Source of the DNA: Octopus sinensis
Taxonomy: Eukaryota
Assembly (NCBI RefSeq): GCF_006345805.1
Contig: NC_042998.1
Location: forward strand, 135,160,001-135,224,000
Length of the DNA: 64,000 nucleotides
Direction of reading: 5' to 3'
Below, piece by piece: positions 39,831 to 58,306 of the stretch (positions are counted from its first letter, which is position 1; each line of letters starts with the position of its first letter). The notes beneath the pieces are model-generated. The model saw only the letters and a list, made by a program, of their open reading frames with translations, had not been told where the DNA came from and made no database searches. The position numbers were made by a program, and so were the translations under genes.

Positions 39831-41514
39831 TCGAATGTCATAAATTTGCTCTCGATAAAGTTGTCAAAGTTAGATAATTTTACAAATTAAAAATCTCTAT
39901 TTTAGAATATGCATTTACAATATTTATATCTGCTCTACGTTTTGATAGGTTTGATCTTCGATCGTCATCAAGTGCTTTAGTCCTGAATGTTCATATACAG
40001 TTCCAGATTTGGATTCGAGCTAGTAACCTCTTTACTAAAGATACAAACATTTATATCTACTACATCGAATCCAATCTGGGTTAATGTACATACCCAGGAA
40101 TAAAATATCTAGTAACGATAGATCAAACTGATGGAAATGTAGCATAAATATAAATATTGTAAATATATTTTTTAATGATGAGGATTATTATCTGCAAAAT
40201 AACAACCTTAACAAAAGTAACACCGGCAGCAGCAGCAAAAACAACAGTAATAACACCGACAACATCAATTGCATCACCACCGCCGCCGTGTTCCGAGGTA
40301 GATCAAATAAGTAACAGTCGATGACAGAAAAACTAGGATTAGTATAATTATCTATAGCTAGTCGGCGGTACACCAGTATGGTCGCAGTCCATTGTCTGAA
40401 GTCATTAAAATCATGAAAGAAAATAGTAAATAGCAAAAATTGTAAAAGTACAATTGCAACAACAACACACACATATCTGTCTGTTTGTCTGTTTAACTAA
40501 CTAACTAACAAACTAAATAATTTATTCAGAAGGCACTGGGCACTCCGGGTTTCTAATAGGAGACACTTGTCCAAGGTACCGCGCAGTGAATCCGAACTCG
40601 AAACCATATGGTCGTATAGAGAGCTTCTTAACTACACACCAATGCCTCTTCCCTTTTTAAGATAATCGGGTGTAATTTGTGAGCAATTTGAAGACGATTT
40701 GACTGCTATTGTGTTAGTGTGTTCAGCGAACCATGTAGAGGCTCTCTCATTGCGCCGTACATACTCATCTTTTTTCTTCCGCCGACATCCTCATCTTCCA
40801 GGTAATACAGATCACTTCGAATTCATGTCAAAGTCACAGATAGTGAATGCAGGATTACGCTCAACCCTTATGTCTTTGTAATGGGTTAAGTCGTGTGTCA
40901 ATAATGACAAGACTATCTCTTGATGTATATATTTTTAAGAACTGCTTAAGTCTTTTTAAAGTCAATATGCCCACAGAAATTCTCTTATTACATCAGTAAC
41001 TGTGAAGATCAGGCTTCACACTGTTGAAATAGCTACATTCCTCGCAGTTCTATTGCTATATAGAGAGAAGGCGAACTTTGCAGAGAAATCGTTCAAAATA
41101 CTTCAAGTTTCCGCTCTGAGATACCGGCCTCACCTGACGTCAGAAACACTCTGGTGAGCAGCACCTGTTTCAACAGCCAAACCGGAAGCTTCTGAAATGG
41201 ATTTGATGCAGTCAGGTTTATTATTATTATTTTAAAAAATTTAAGTCATGAAACGGAGTCAATGCTATAGTATTGTAGATCCGTTCCTTATCATTGATTT
41301 TATTGTAGGAACTGCGTGAACCGGGCAGAAACTAGCTTCAGTTATAAAGAGAAGGAAAATAAAACATTATACATCGAATAAGGTATTTATAATATTTGAT
41401 AAAGAAAAGAGATGCAAATAACCGGTAAAAGTGTGTATACAAAATATCGAGATTGTTATATATAAATATAGGATATCTTAAGTTTTGTTTTGTTTTGTGT
41501 GTGTGTGTGTGTGT

Positions 41515-41564
<50 letters not shown>

Positions 41565-41777
41565 CGCGCGCGTATGTGTGTGTGTTAAAAAGGACCGAAA
41601 AATTACGGTGAAATTGCTGTAGGAAGTAGAATATCCAACGCTTCGGATAGAGTCCGTCTTCAAGATAAAGTTGATAGGAAAGTAAAATAAGACTGTACTC
41701 TTTCTGTCGATCTTTCAAAAGAATACAAGTCATGCCGACACAGACTACTATTAGTCTCCTTGCATTCTACTATTCTG

Positions 41778-41813
<36 letters not shown>

Positions 41814-42244
41814 GCAACTATGTGAAATAAGACACGGTGCAACGGGTGCAAATCTCTTGCAAGTGTTGCACTAGCTGTGCAATTTAAGACATCTATATTG
41901 CTGGTTATAGTTGTTTTTTCCAGGTCGTATTGACCATAGATTTCGTTCATACATCACGCCTTATAAATGCAATGCATATATATAGACATTTGCAAAAGCG
42001 AATGATAATTGTGAAAGAAACGATAGTGCAATCAACGAGAAAGTCACAGGTTCCATTAATTTGCAATTAGATAGTTTAAGAGGCGCCAGTATGTTTTGAT
42101 AATGTCTCGTTTTGTGCAGCAACTTCGTATTCATCTCGTATAGACAGTGTGACTCCATTCAAAATATTATAATGCAAAAACACTCTCTCTTTCTCAATCT
42201 CTCTCACTCTCTCTACATGTGTGTGTGTGTGTTGTGTGTGTGTG

Positions 42245-42282
<38 letters not shown>

Positions 42283-43674
42283 AGTGTGTGTGGTGTGCGT
42301 GTATGCGTGCATATGTATATATGTAGTAAGTGTGGAAAGTGCTTTGCGTATGTAAACATGAAAATATTTAATACACGGTTGTAGTGAAAGCGTGGATAGT
42401 CTGCATTATGTGTGTGCGTACAATTATTTATGTATGTGTCTTTGTATTTGTCCAGTCATCGCTTGACAACAGGTGTTGATTTTGTTTACGTCTGCGTAAC
42501 TTAGGGGTTCGAAATAAGATATCTATAGAACAAGTGCAAACCATTAAAAAATAAGAACTGGGATTGATTTGTTCGACTAAATCCTTCAAGGCGGTACCCT
42601 AGCATGGCTGCAATCCAATAACTGAAATATGTAAAAGAATATAAAGGTCTAAAATGCAGTTACGTTTGTGTAATTTCATTTACAGAGAGATGTGCGTTCG
42701 TTCTTTATCTAGTTTGTGTTAATGTTTTTGTCTAAACATATGTAAGAGAAATAAGCAAGTATGCATGTGAGAAAAGGGTGTTAGAACGGAAAGGCATAAC
42801 ATGTAAGACTTGTCTTAAAAACCATGATGCCTTTGATCGTGAATTTCTGTCACAACACAAGCCAAGGGGGGTCAAAATGCAGGCTGGTTATAAGCACTTT
42901 TTAGGGTGTTTTACATACATTTTGGTGCATATATCAGACAAGTAGCAGTAGATTTTTTTGATGTTTGACAACAATTACCACAACTGCAGCGAGATGTCAT
43001 TGACTGGAATAAATGTCGAAAGGCGTGTCTACATGTTCGCATAGGTGATTTAGTACATGGAGTTATTTTGTTCTCAGATGTAGAATTGTTGCTCACGCTG
43101 CTATTTGCACATAGAAAATTTTGTGTTCGATCCCAGGAAGAGTGAACTGTTACATGCTTATGGAACACCAATTTACAGAAAAACATAAATACACACACAC
43201 ACATACACACACACACAAATCCAATGAAATCATTCCGTTTATTAGAGGTCATAGTTGTTTTACTGCAGGTGTGCCGAATGGAGCAGACGGACCTGTGGTC
43301 AAAGGTGTTCTAGTCATGACTATGTCGTCTCTTAATTTATTAATTTACTGATTTTGCATATCTGAAGCACCCCTGTCAAATGTATTCGTCATTATTTAAG
43401 ACAATATGCATGATTTGTAGGAGATTTGGCTGTAATTTCTAGCGGTTCAGTCTACCACGTAGAGGCTCCTTCATTGCCTCGAATATATGTGTGAGAATGA
43501 GAGAGCGCGAAGAAAAAAGGGAAAAAGAAAGAACACGTAGACATATAGATATATTTTATTTTCTATCATAATTCCATTCGTATCTAGGACGGTGGGAAGA
43601 CAAAGTGGACTATGTGTGGGTTGGAACATAAAGGCTGCAAAACAGTTTGTTTCACACTGTAATGAATCATAATT

Positions 43675-43985
43675 AGCACTCCGTTGATTACGACGACGAG
43701 GTTCCAGTTGATCCAGTCAATGGGACATCCTGCTCGTGAAATTAACGTGCAAGTGGCTGAGCACTCCACAGGCACATGTACCCATAACGTAATTCTTAAG
43801 GCGATTCAACGGGACACAGAATGTGACAAGGCTGGCCCTTTGAATTACATGTACGACTCATTTTTGCCAGCTGAGTGGACTGGAGCAACGTGAAATAGTG
43901 TCTGGCTCAAGGACACACTGCACCTCCAGGAATCGAACTCACGGCTTTACAATCATGAGCCAAATACCCTAACCACTAAGCCACA
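43675..43985 (-). mobile_element. Type-D tRNA-derived SINE (CORE-like body, Meta-like GCACGTTAA block)
   Basis: Minus strand: A box GTGGCTTAGTGG, B box GAGTTCGATTCC, then GTGTCCTTGAGCCAGACAC. Confidence 0.7.
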
Positions 43986-44049
43986 TGACAGACACACGAA
44001 AAGATAAAAAATATAAATAAATAAATAAGAAAAGGAGATAAACAAAATA

Positions 44050-44400
44050 CTTCTCTGCCCTCAGGCACCAACGTGGTACTCTTTGCGAGGTTGCTCAGCC
44101 ATCCTTTTTACGAGCTTGGTCTGGAGGATGAAGCAAGGCCTATGGCCTCCGTATTATCTCGGAGATGGGCGAGATTGATGCTGGTAATGTTCCGCTTAAA
44201 CTGTTACTAGAGGACAACTGCATGAAAGACTTGTGCAAGGAGGGATTTCAAATGGGCCAACGTTCAGGGGAGGATGGACTGAGCGTAGTGGTTAGTGCAG
44301 TGTCTGAAGGAGTACGTGACCACAACATGGGTGATGAGAGGAGGAGAGACGTGTTTAAGTGAAGGTGACCTGTGGCGTAGATAGAGTATGTGTGGCTCGG
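44050..44400 (-). mobile_element. Possible CR1/L2-like LINE 3' fragment, highly decayed
   Basis: Minus frame reads RHCTNHYAQSILP*TLAHLKSLLAQVF....QFKRNI, resembling the R..HY..SF.PRT..LWNSLP..VF...FK terminus. Confidence 0.4.
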
Positions 44401-45076
44401 AGAAGCCTTTGAGTTTGCCACCCCCAATACAGGCTTATGCATAAAACCTATAAATGCCGCCTCCATAAAAGTGTCGTCCGAAACGGATAACCTCCGTCTT
44501 TGCTCTTCACCCTTACTACACAATTGGCAGAGGCACAAGACCAGTCAGCTCTGAAAAGTAAGGCCACTGTAGTAGTGAGCGAGCGAGGAAGGGAGAGAGA
44601 GAGATAGAGGATGGAGAGAGGAGGAGAAGAGATGGAAGGAGGGAGAGGGAAAAAATCAGAGAGTAGCATACATAAATCAGACAGAGGCTGGAGCGTGTCT
44701 GTAAGGGGGGGCAAGGGGCCTTTCTCTTGATGCGGTGGTCTAGGATGCCTGTGTGTCTGTAGCAGAAATACCGTCCCGAACGGCAACATGGGTAAGTTTT
44801 TTCTACTATAGCCACGGGCCGAGCAAAACCTTGCTAATAAATTTAATGGACGGACACTGTGTGGGATCTCGTCGTATATATATATAGGTGTATGTGTGTG
44901 TGTTTGTATTTGCCCACCACTTGACACCAATGATGGTTTGTTTACATCCTCGTAACTAAGCGGGTCGGCAAAAGCGATCAAAAGGAAAAGTTGCACACCT
45001 AAAAATAAGTACCGGGGTCGATTTGTTAGATTAAAGCCTTCGAGACGGTGCCCCAGCATGACTGTAGTCCATTGAC

Positions 45077-45414
45077 TGTGATGTGATGTTTGTTCCTTCT
45101 CGAGCCATGCCTGACTCATAGGGGCCGGTTTCCCGGTTTCCTTGGCGTATAGGTTCCCCACCTGGACGGGACGCCGGTCCGTCTCAGGTGAGCTGCAAGA
45201 TGCAGGAGGAAAGAGTGAAAAAAAGTTGTGGCGAAAGAGTCAGCAGAAGTTCGCTGGATGTAAACGAGGATGTAAACAGATAGAACTTCTGCCGGAGCCG
45301 CGTGGAACTTAGGTGTTTCGCCCATAAACGCACACATCACCCGGACTGAGATTCGAACCCGCGATCCCTCAACCGCGAGTCCGTTGCTCTAACCACTAGG
45401 CCATGTGCCTCCAC
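45077..45414 (-). mobile_element. Type-C-head SINE with V-domain-like body, inserted into a type-B SINE tail
   Basis: A and B boxes, body GGACCGGCGTCCCGTCCAGG, and a perfect 11-bp TSD AGTCCATTGAC at 45066-45076 and 45415-45425. Confidence 0.85.
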
Positions 45415-45766
45415 AGTCCATTGACGGGAGCAAATAAAAGATGAAAATACTCGCAATGAAAGGATGCCTGGTTTTCTGCCATTTTATTTGTCTACCCTAA
45501 TCAGTGTGTATATAGAGGCTGGGGAGTAAATTTCTTTTGGTGCTGTTTTTAACAGATGGAACTTCTCACGCCCTAGAACAGTATTAATGGATTATATAGT
45601 TCTAGACGCAACACACTAAGAAAAACTGGGATAGTCACGGCTGGAATACCTTTGATCATAGGTCAGCCCGATCAAGTCTGACTTGGTGCTAAACAGCCAC
45701 AACAACCTTTCTCCTTTGTCTGTCTGTTTCTCTCTATATACACACACACAAAGCATCTAAGTATAC

Positions 45767-45947
45767 GCAGGTGTGTCTGCGTGGTAGGAAGCCTGGTTCC
45801 AGACCACATGGTTCCGGGTTCTGTCCCACTGTATCGCACCTTGGTTTAGTGTCTTCCACTGCAGCCTTGGGTCAACCAAACGCTTGTGATTGGATTTGAT
45901 AGATGGAAACTGAAAGAAGCCCTTCACACACATATGTATATATATAC

Positions 45948-45978
<31 letters not shown>

Positions 45979-46208
45979 GTGGTGTGTGTGTGTGTGTGCG
46001 CCTTTGTGTTTGAGTTTGTCCCGCATCACAACTTGACAAACGATGTTGGTTTATTTACGACCCGTAACACAGCGGTTCGGCAAAAGCAGCGGGTAGAATT
46101 AGTACCAGGCTTCTAAAAAAATAAGTACTGGGCTTTGATTCATTCGACTATAGCCTTTCAAGGCGGTGCCCCAGCATGACCATTGTCTAATGACTGAAAC
46201 AAGTATAA
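45767..46208 (+). mobile_element. Type-B SINE, full length
   Basis: Head GCAGGTGTGTCTGCGTGGTAGG through tail AATGACTGAAACAAGTA. Confidence 0.8.
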
Positions 46209-46224
46209 GGTGAAAGCTAGCCCT

Positions 46225-50750
<4,526 letters not shown>

Positions 50751-50910
50751 ACATTGGTCCCTCTTAGCGTGTTGGTATCTACGAATAGTAGTACCCTCAA
50801 TATAATATAAATGAATATTTTCAAAGAGGAAGAATTTACGGATTTTTTCTCTTACGAGGTTTTTCACGCTGACTACTGATAATTTCTTTTAAAGATTTTA
50901 TCCTCAATTG

Positions 50911-50962
<52 letters not shown>

Positions 50963-51205
50963 TTTAATGGAGAAAGCTGATTATTAATTAGGTATGTAAC
51001 AATTACCAAAAGTACTAAAAGAAAGCAATTTTTAAAGGGTTGACTGCCTGGAAATATTTTTTTTATAAATTCATGTTCTAAGAAATTTCCTATTATTTTG
51101 ATTACTCAAGCGATGAAAATATTTTGACACAAATGTTGAAGTGAAACTAACGGTATTTGCGTATTCTCAAATGGCTTACAAACATCTTCCACGCTGCAAT
51201 TGTTT

Positions 51206-51630
51206 TTGTTTCAGCAGACGATCTCAGATCAAGTCACTTGTTATGCACTTGTTTCAGCAGACGATCTCAGATCAAGTCACTTGTTATGCACTTGTTTCAG
51301 CAGACGATCTCAGATCAAGTCACTTGTTATGCACTTGTTTCAGCAGACGATCTCAGATCAAGTCACTTGTTTATGCACTTGTTTCAGCAGACGATCTCAG
51401 ATCAAGTCACTTGTTTATGCACTTGTTTCAGCAGACGATCTCAGATCAAGTCACTTGTTATGCACTTGTTTCAGCAGACGATCTCAGATCAAGTCACTTG
51501 TTATGCACTTGTTTCAGCAGACGATCTCAGATCAAGTCACTTGTTATGCACTTGTTTCAGCAGACGATCTCAGATCAAGTCACTTGTTATGCACTTGTTT
51601 CAGCAGACGATCTCAGATCAAGTCACTTGT
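51206..51630. repeat. 43-bp minisatellite, 10 copies (last one partial)
   Basis: Unit TGTTTCAGCAGACGATCTCAGATCAAGTCACTTGTTATGCACT. Identical except for one extra T in units 4 and 5. Confidence 0.97.
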
Positions 51631-52477
51631 AGATTTCCGTAATTTTTAAAAATCACTGGATAAATGCCAGCAATGACCTTCTCAAATTCTACGATATTTT
51701 AATTTTTAAACTGTAACAATCGGGGGCAGGGAGTGGGGTTGCAAAAAATTCATAATTTCTCGAATTTTCTTTTTTATAGCATATAAATGTATTTATGGGG
51801 AAAACATATTGAAAAATATCAATGCATGCGAGTGTCATAAAGAAATAAGGAGAGTTGTCTTTGGATGTGCTAGAAACCAACAGTGAAATCGCCCTTAAAT
51901 CACTTTTCTCTCTGAAAATATTAGCAAGTTTAAAAAAAAAAATACCTAAAGTGCTCTTCCCATGGTTTTGAAGTGAAAAAAAAAAAGGCCAAAATAGGTC
52001 CGGAGTCGGATGAGGGAGGTGGTGCAAAAAAGAGTTTTCAAAGCTTTTTGCATACAAAGATACCCCCACCCCAACCTATCATTTCGAAGGTTGTGGTTTA
52101 AAAAGAATGGAGAAAATCCCAGAAAATATTTTCCCCACAGATTTCTTATTAATCGTAATCTATGCCGTTTGAAAGAAATTTGTATAAATTTTCATTAAAA
52201 AATACGCATCTCGAAAGTTATGAGGGGAAAATGTCAGATTGTGTGGATTTTCTGAAACACTTCTATCTACACCCTCGCCACTGTTCTTTCCTATAAATCC
52301 CAATATACTCTGAAGCCATAACACCTAAACGGTATTTGTAGAAAATTTTATTAAAAAGTATCCATTTTTCTGGTTGTTATGAAGCAACAAAGTCGGAGGT
52401 GCATACATCTGTAGTAATGCACTTTTATCAATACAATTCTTTTATTTCATGTTCATTTCATTCATTGTTCTCAATGT

Positions 52478-52512
<35 letters not shown>

Positions 52513-52681
52513 ACACATATATATACGTATATTTATACATATACATATATATACACATTTATATACAAATATATATATATACATATATATATATACATAT
52601 ATATGCATATATATATATATGCATATATATATATACATATATATATACATATATACATACACACACACACACACACACACA

Positions 52682-52760
<79 letters not shown>

Positions 52761-54300
52761 AATATATGCATATATATATAAATACATATATATATGTATA
52801 TAATATGCATATATATATATAAATACATATATACATATAAATACAAACATGCATATATATGAATACATACATATATATAAATACATATAAATAAATACAT
52901 ACATATATACATACACATATTCATATCCGTACATATATATAAAAATATAAATATATATATACATATATGTACACACATATATATACACACACATATATAT
53001 ATACATATATATACATATATATACATACTATCAGAATGACTGCCCATCGGGCAGTTTTCTCCTTGTCCCCTGATAAAATTTTCACATTTGATTCTCATTT
53101 CTATATATATATATCGCACACACATACACAATGTATGAACTTTGCTTGTTCACCGGTAGGCTGGAATTTGGCGCTGTGGAAATGGCTCTTTCTCAGCGCC
53201 GGATGTTAAAACACCTGAACCGAATTGTTTAGTGAACTGAATCGCCAGTTCATGACTATATGCAAATAGTGTAAAACACCATTTACTGGCATGCCTCGAC
53301 GATGTACAACTTCGAATTTATGTCTGAATAAATACACACACACGCACGCACACACACACACCTTATAGAAGAGTTAGTTTAGCGATATAAGAACGCACAA
53401 AAGCTGTTATATTGACTTTCCATTTATTTTTTTGTGTCAACTTTCATTTCCACAATTCCGCTGCAATTGCTGAATATTATTTACTGGCATGTTGCTATAG
53501 GCATCTTTACTTTTTCTTTTTTACTTTCTTTAAAAAAAAACTTCTATTATCTTAACCTTCTGATAGATGCTTACTGCATAGCATGGGCCTTCGTATGTTA
53601 CTTTAAAGTTAAGCTCTTCTGTTTGAGCATGTATTTCTACGTTTCCATACCACCATTTCCCCTATTTTATCCTCTTTACTTTCGTTTTACCATAAGGTTG
53701 AAGACATTAACTTACCAAGAATCTACCTTCAATTGCTTTATACTATGAGCATATATTTCACATATTTTATGTATACATTTACGCATGACGTCTCCATATG
53801 TTAAAAAGTCAACCACCATGACAAAATAAAGGAGGAAAGGCAAAAGTGCAGAAAAAGTAAAATTGCAGCGATGAAACATGTCTATTGACAAACAAAACAA
53901 CGTACAGCAACTGACAGTGGCTCGTGTCAAAAGGTCAACTAATAACTATGCCGTAGATCTGTGTCTGAAGGTTTAACAAAAATATAAAAGGAAAAAAGAG
54001 GAAGGGAAAACTTCTTGGGACCTATTAAAACTTGTCAGAAACCAATTCGCAACAGTTCCAGTAGAATTGTGTCAAAGACCAGATTCATGAAATCGGATGA
54101 AAATTTCTGGCACCTTATGGATTGAAAGAAAAAGAATGTGTGTGCGCGTGCGCTTGTGTGTATGCTCTTAAATGGTTAAATGGTTCGACAGTTATATAAT
54201 TGCTTCACTACATATGTATGTATATGTATATACATATACAAGCATATATGCATTTATATACACACACACGCGCACACGCACAAACACACACACATACACA

Positions 54301-55242
54301 CAGACATGGCAGAAGTAAATAGACACCCCATAAAACATTGTTTTATGTTTATTTTAACTTGAAATGGCTTATTTTTTTTATTAATTTACATTTTTACGAT
54401 TCAGGTTCTATATTTGACTGTTTAATCATGCTACGTACAAAAGAAGCCTTGGAACTGTACGAATTTCAAAGAGGCCGTATTGTGGGTGAATCTGAAGGTG
54501 GACTTAGTCAACGTAAAATCGCAGAAAACATTGAAATCCCACATTCTACAGTTAATATAGTGATTGCCCAATTCACCAGAGAGAGGAAGGAGTCCACATC
54601 ACCTTGACCAGGTCGACCAAAGCCCTCTGACAGGACCTTTCATTTTGTTAAGAGAAGTGTGGGGGATAATCCTCGTTGAAAGGCCTCTGACATAGCAAAA
54701 CAGGTTGATGTCAGTCTTAGAACACCGGTCAGGTATCTTCACAAACTTGGCTACTATGGCCAAGAAGGAAGTCACTTCTTCAAGCAGCCAATATGAAGCG
54801 GAGAAAATATTGGGCCAGCTAGATGGTGGAAAAGTCACTAGCATTTTGGGACACAGTCATATTCTCTGATGAGTCCAGATTTGCTGTATTTTCTGACAAT
54901 GGTCGAGTGTGGGTCTGGAGACCCAAGATTGGTTGGAAGAGAATGGCATTAGAAAGCTTCCATGGCCAAGCCAGTCACCAGATATGAATCCTACTGAACA
55001 CCTTAGGGACACTTTGAAAAAAGATTAAGAAAAAATCTTCAAATCCAGATTGTTTTTGAGATTACTACATGAAACATTGCATGTAATTCGTTAAGAGAAT
55101 ATTCGTTATCTGATCAGTAGCATGCCTAATAGAGTCCTTGCACTGAAAAATGCAATTGGCATGCCTACTAAATATTAGATATTCACATTATAATAATTAA
55201 TAAATAACTTGAATATATAATTTCAGATTTACTTCTGTCATG

Positions 55243-55246
<4 letters not shown>
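54301..55246 (+). mobile_element. Tc1 (DD34E-type) transposon, internally deleted
   Basis: TIRs CAGACATGGCAGAAGTAAAT and ATTTACTTCTGTCATGTCTG|TA. Frames include [25 protein letters not shown] and WPSQSPDMNPTEH. Confidence 0.88.
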
Positions 55247-55328
<82 letters not shown>

Positions 55329-55475
55329 GCTGTTTCATTTCTCGCGAAGGTAAGCACTATCAGACAAATAGTTACATAATTGTGATATATAATTTAGATC
55401 GAATTTATTTAAGTCAAATTAATTTAAAAACTGCTTAGACGATTCTTCAAGAATATTAAGAAGAAAACCTTTGTA

Positions 55476-55518
<43 letters not shown>

Positions 55519-55784
55519 CATCTATAAATGTAGCCTCAAATACTATAAAGAACGTATTCTGTCACACGTCTATCGCTTGTCGAGCGTGAACTCCGAACTA
55601 TTTTTGAATATCGAATTAACAAATATAAACGTCTTTTCGCTAGATAAACTGAACAATCTAGTTTCTGCCATCGTCCCATGAGAATCACAGACAATTTAGC
55701 AGTTACTTAACAACCAGCTGATAGACTTCCCAAACTAGTTTATGATTCAGAGAACATCTAACATAGTTTATGACATACAGGAAA

Positions 55785-55900
55785 ATACCGTATACACTCG
55801 TGTAAAAGTCGATCTCATGTAAGAGTCACCCTCCTATTTTTGATCAAAAACCTGCAATTTTCCATACATTCTGGGTAAAAATCACTCCTATTTCATCAAA
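55785..55900. mobile_element. Possible Tc2/pogo-like MITE end
   Basis: TA|CCGTATACACTCGTGTAAAAGTCG terminus with subterminal repeats. No partner end found. Confidence 0.3.
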
Positions 55901-56044
55901 GATAAGGTTCTGTTGAACGTGACGGATTGAAGAGAAAAAGTATGTGTAAATGTCTATAAAAGCTACAAGGCTTTATGTTTGTTGTTATTTAGTATAACGT
56001 GTTTTGATGCGTAAAATTGGCATTACGACTGTAATTCCTCATGT

Positions 56045-56108
<64 letters not shown>

Positions 56109-56126
56109 CATTATTATTATTATTAA

Positions 56127-56350
56127 GGCGGCAATCTGGCGGAATTGTTAGCACGTCGGGCAAAATACTTAGCGGTATTTCGTCTGCCGCTACATTCTGA
56201 GTTCAAATTCCGCCGTAGTCGACTTTGCCTTTCATCCTTTCGAGGTCGATAAATTAAGTACCAGTTGAGTACTGGGGTCGATGTAATCGACTATTCTCCT
56301 TCCCCAAATTTCAGGCCTTGTGCCTATAGTAGAAAGGATTATTATTATTA
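56127..56350 (+). mobile_element. Type-A SINE, tail 2, embedded in (ATT)n
   Basis: Intact family sequence, with (ATT)n at 56045-56125 upstream and ATTATTATTA downstream. Confidence 0.88.
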
Positions 56351-56391
56351 AGGCGATGATCTGGCAGAATTGTTAGATCTCTGACAACTAT

Positions 56392-56592
56392 ATCCGGCTT
56401 TTTTCCTTAATTTCTCTATCTGTGTGTATTGGCATATCCCAGAGTATGGTTGTTTTCTCATTTTCTGTGATCTTTTCTGGAGTGTGCCTATACCATCTTC
56501 TTTCTGCTGTTATTCCATAGTGTTGGCATAGCTTCCTGTGTGTATAGGTCCAAGCTCTGTCGTATCTGTGAATATATTCCTTCTTAGCCAGA
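56392..56592 (-). mobile_element. R4/Dong-like (RLE-type) LINE fragment
   Basis: Reads LAKKEYIHRYD....HRKLCQHYGI....WYRHTPEKITENEKTTILWDMPIHTDREI, the segment preceding the PD..D nuclease in R4-clade elements. Confidence 0.8.
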
Positions 56593-56597
56593 GGCAA

Positions 56598-57200
56598 TAT
56601 GATTTTTTGTTTCAGTTCATCTTTAGTGTTACAAGGAGTTTTGTTGGTCTCTCGCTCAACGGTGCCCCACACATAATAATCAAGGAGGTTGCAGTCTGGG
56701 GAGTTAGATGGTCAGATGTTAGAGGTGGTGTGGTCGTAGAAACTGTCTGACAGCCATGACTGGGTTCTCCAGCTTATGTGGCATGGTACAGAGTCCTGTT
56801 GCCAGACATAGAGTCATCCAGTAGCTACCCTCTTGACCCAGGGCAGCACTAACTCCTCCAGGTACCTGATGTAGGCCTCTGTATTGAGTCTGATGCTGTG
56901 TAGGAAGATGAATTGAGGCATAACGTCGCCATCTCTAGTGATCACTCCCAAACACCATGATGTTGACTGGATGTTTGATTTTTATCATTCTCGGTACATA
57001 TCCTCAGATTTCACTGTCCTCTGATTGACACCCAAACACTCTGAAATGTTCGTATCGGAGCTTCCGGCGCGAATGCCAAGCAGTACAGCATGTCGTTTCC
57101 AAATTTAAGACAGAATGAATTGCATCAGCGTGTTGTCTTTCTCACAGACGCTGCCCAACTGACCCTATTATACTGTGTATAGTGGACAAAATCAAGAACA
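56598..57200 (-). mobile_element. maT/DD37D-like Tc1-mariner relic
   Basis: Minus frames include QQDSVPCH and SNSPDCNLLDYYVWGTVERETNKTPCNTKDELK. Confidence 0.75.
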
Positions 57201-57229
57201 AACAATGCGCATGCGCCAAGACCTTCCAT

Positions 57230-57620
57230 TGGCAGCACTCACTCGTCCAGTGCCAGGTCATTGCTGAACGTTGTCGTTTGTAGTATGGATCAGGCTATCG
57301 ACCGAGTATCTCGTGAAGATCACCCGCCCCGCTTCTTTTACCGGGAAGGGCAAGCATTTTTCTCTGGTTGGTATCTATAGTAAAAGAGGTTGTGTGGATG
57401 CTGAAAAGACTGAATATATACACTTCTCTCTTCGGTTAAGTAAACCATCATCGACTTCTCGAAGTTCTATTTAGAAACGAAGCTGAATGAGGCGAAGGAG
57501 ATGCTCTTCCTCTAGTAAAAGGCAGTGGGTAGCAGTAACAAGCATAACTTGAGTGAAGGGATCTAGTCTGTTCGCGCACCAGTTGTTCAGAGAATAGCTA
57601 TTAGGAGACGGCGCTTCTCC
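57230..57620 (+). mobile_element. Older, decayed copy of the Tx1-like LINE seen at 18.4-19.4 kb
   Basis: LSFVVWIRLSTEYLVKITRPASF aligns with LSRVGRIRLSAESIMKIAPPTSF, and IIDFSKFYLETKL aligns with LINFFKFHLKRKM. Confidence 0.7.
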
Positions 57621-58128
57621 CGTGATCCGAGTGAATCAGGATTTGTGTGTGTTCCACAACAGGCTTTAATTGAAGGTTTTTCTGTATCAGAACCGTATCA
57701 GTATAATTTTAACTCACTTTTTTTGCTCATTAAAAATCTATGTAAACAAATACACTTGATGTATAATATATTCGGTTTCTTTTCTAATGTGCAACTACGC
57801 TGTATACTATGGTCTTAGTTGAATTTATGATTGCTATATATAAGAACTGAATATTTTATACTATTGATTGGGAAATGAAGCTGGGTGTCTTCACCGAGAA
57901 GCACTCAACAGACCATGGAAGTATCCCACCACTCTTTCTTATAAAGCATTAATGTATCTGGATTTATATATTTCTCTCACAACTGGGCTTCCTAACACAC
58001 ATACACGCGCATACTCGCACACGCACACACACAACTGAGAGGGGGAATATATATGTAATTCAATGAGCTTCGTAGTCCACTTGATCCAACATCTTAATAC
58101 TCCTTGTCGAAAATTCTGACCGCGATCC

Positions 58129-58306
<178 letters not shown>

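Noticed and set aside
40790-41215. Coding exon in the unique block
   Set aside because: The frames I checked close within a few dozen codons and no homology is recognisable.
44448-45161. 237-aa ORF
   Set aside because: It spans SINEs and (CT)n tracts and has no recognisable domain.
51206-51630. CRISPR array, repeat protein or tandem hammerhead
   Set aside because: Units are contiguous with no unique spacers, the context is eukaryotic and there are no cas genes. The three overlapping ORFs only reflect a stop-free unit. The reverse strand has CUGAGA...GAAAC but lacks N7 and a proper stem II.
56388-56672. 94-aa ORF as a gene
   Set aside because: It is a chance fusion of a maT-like transposase piece and an R4-like LINE piece.
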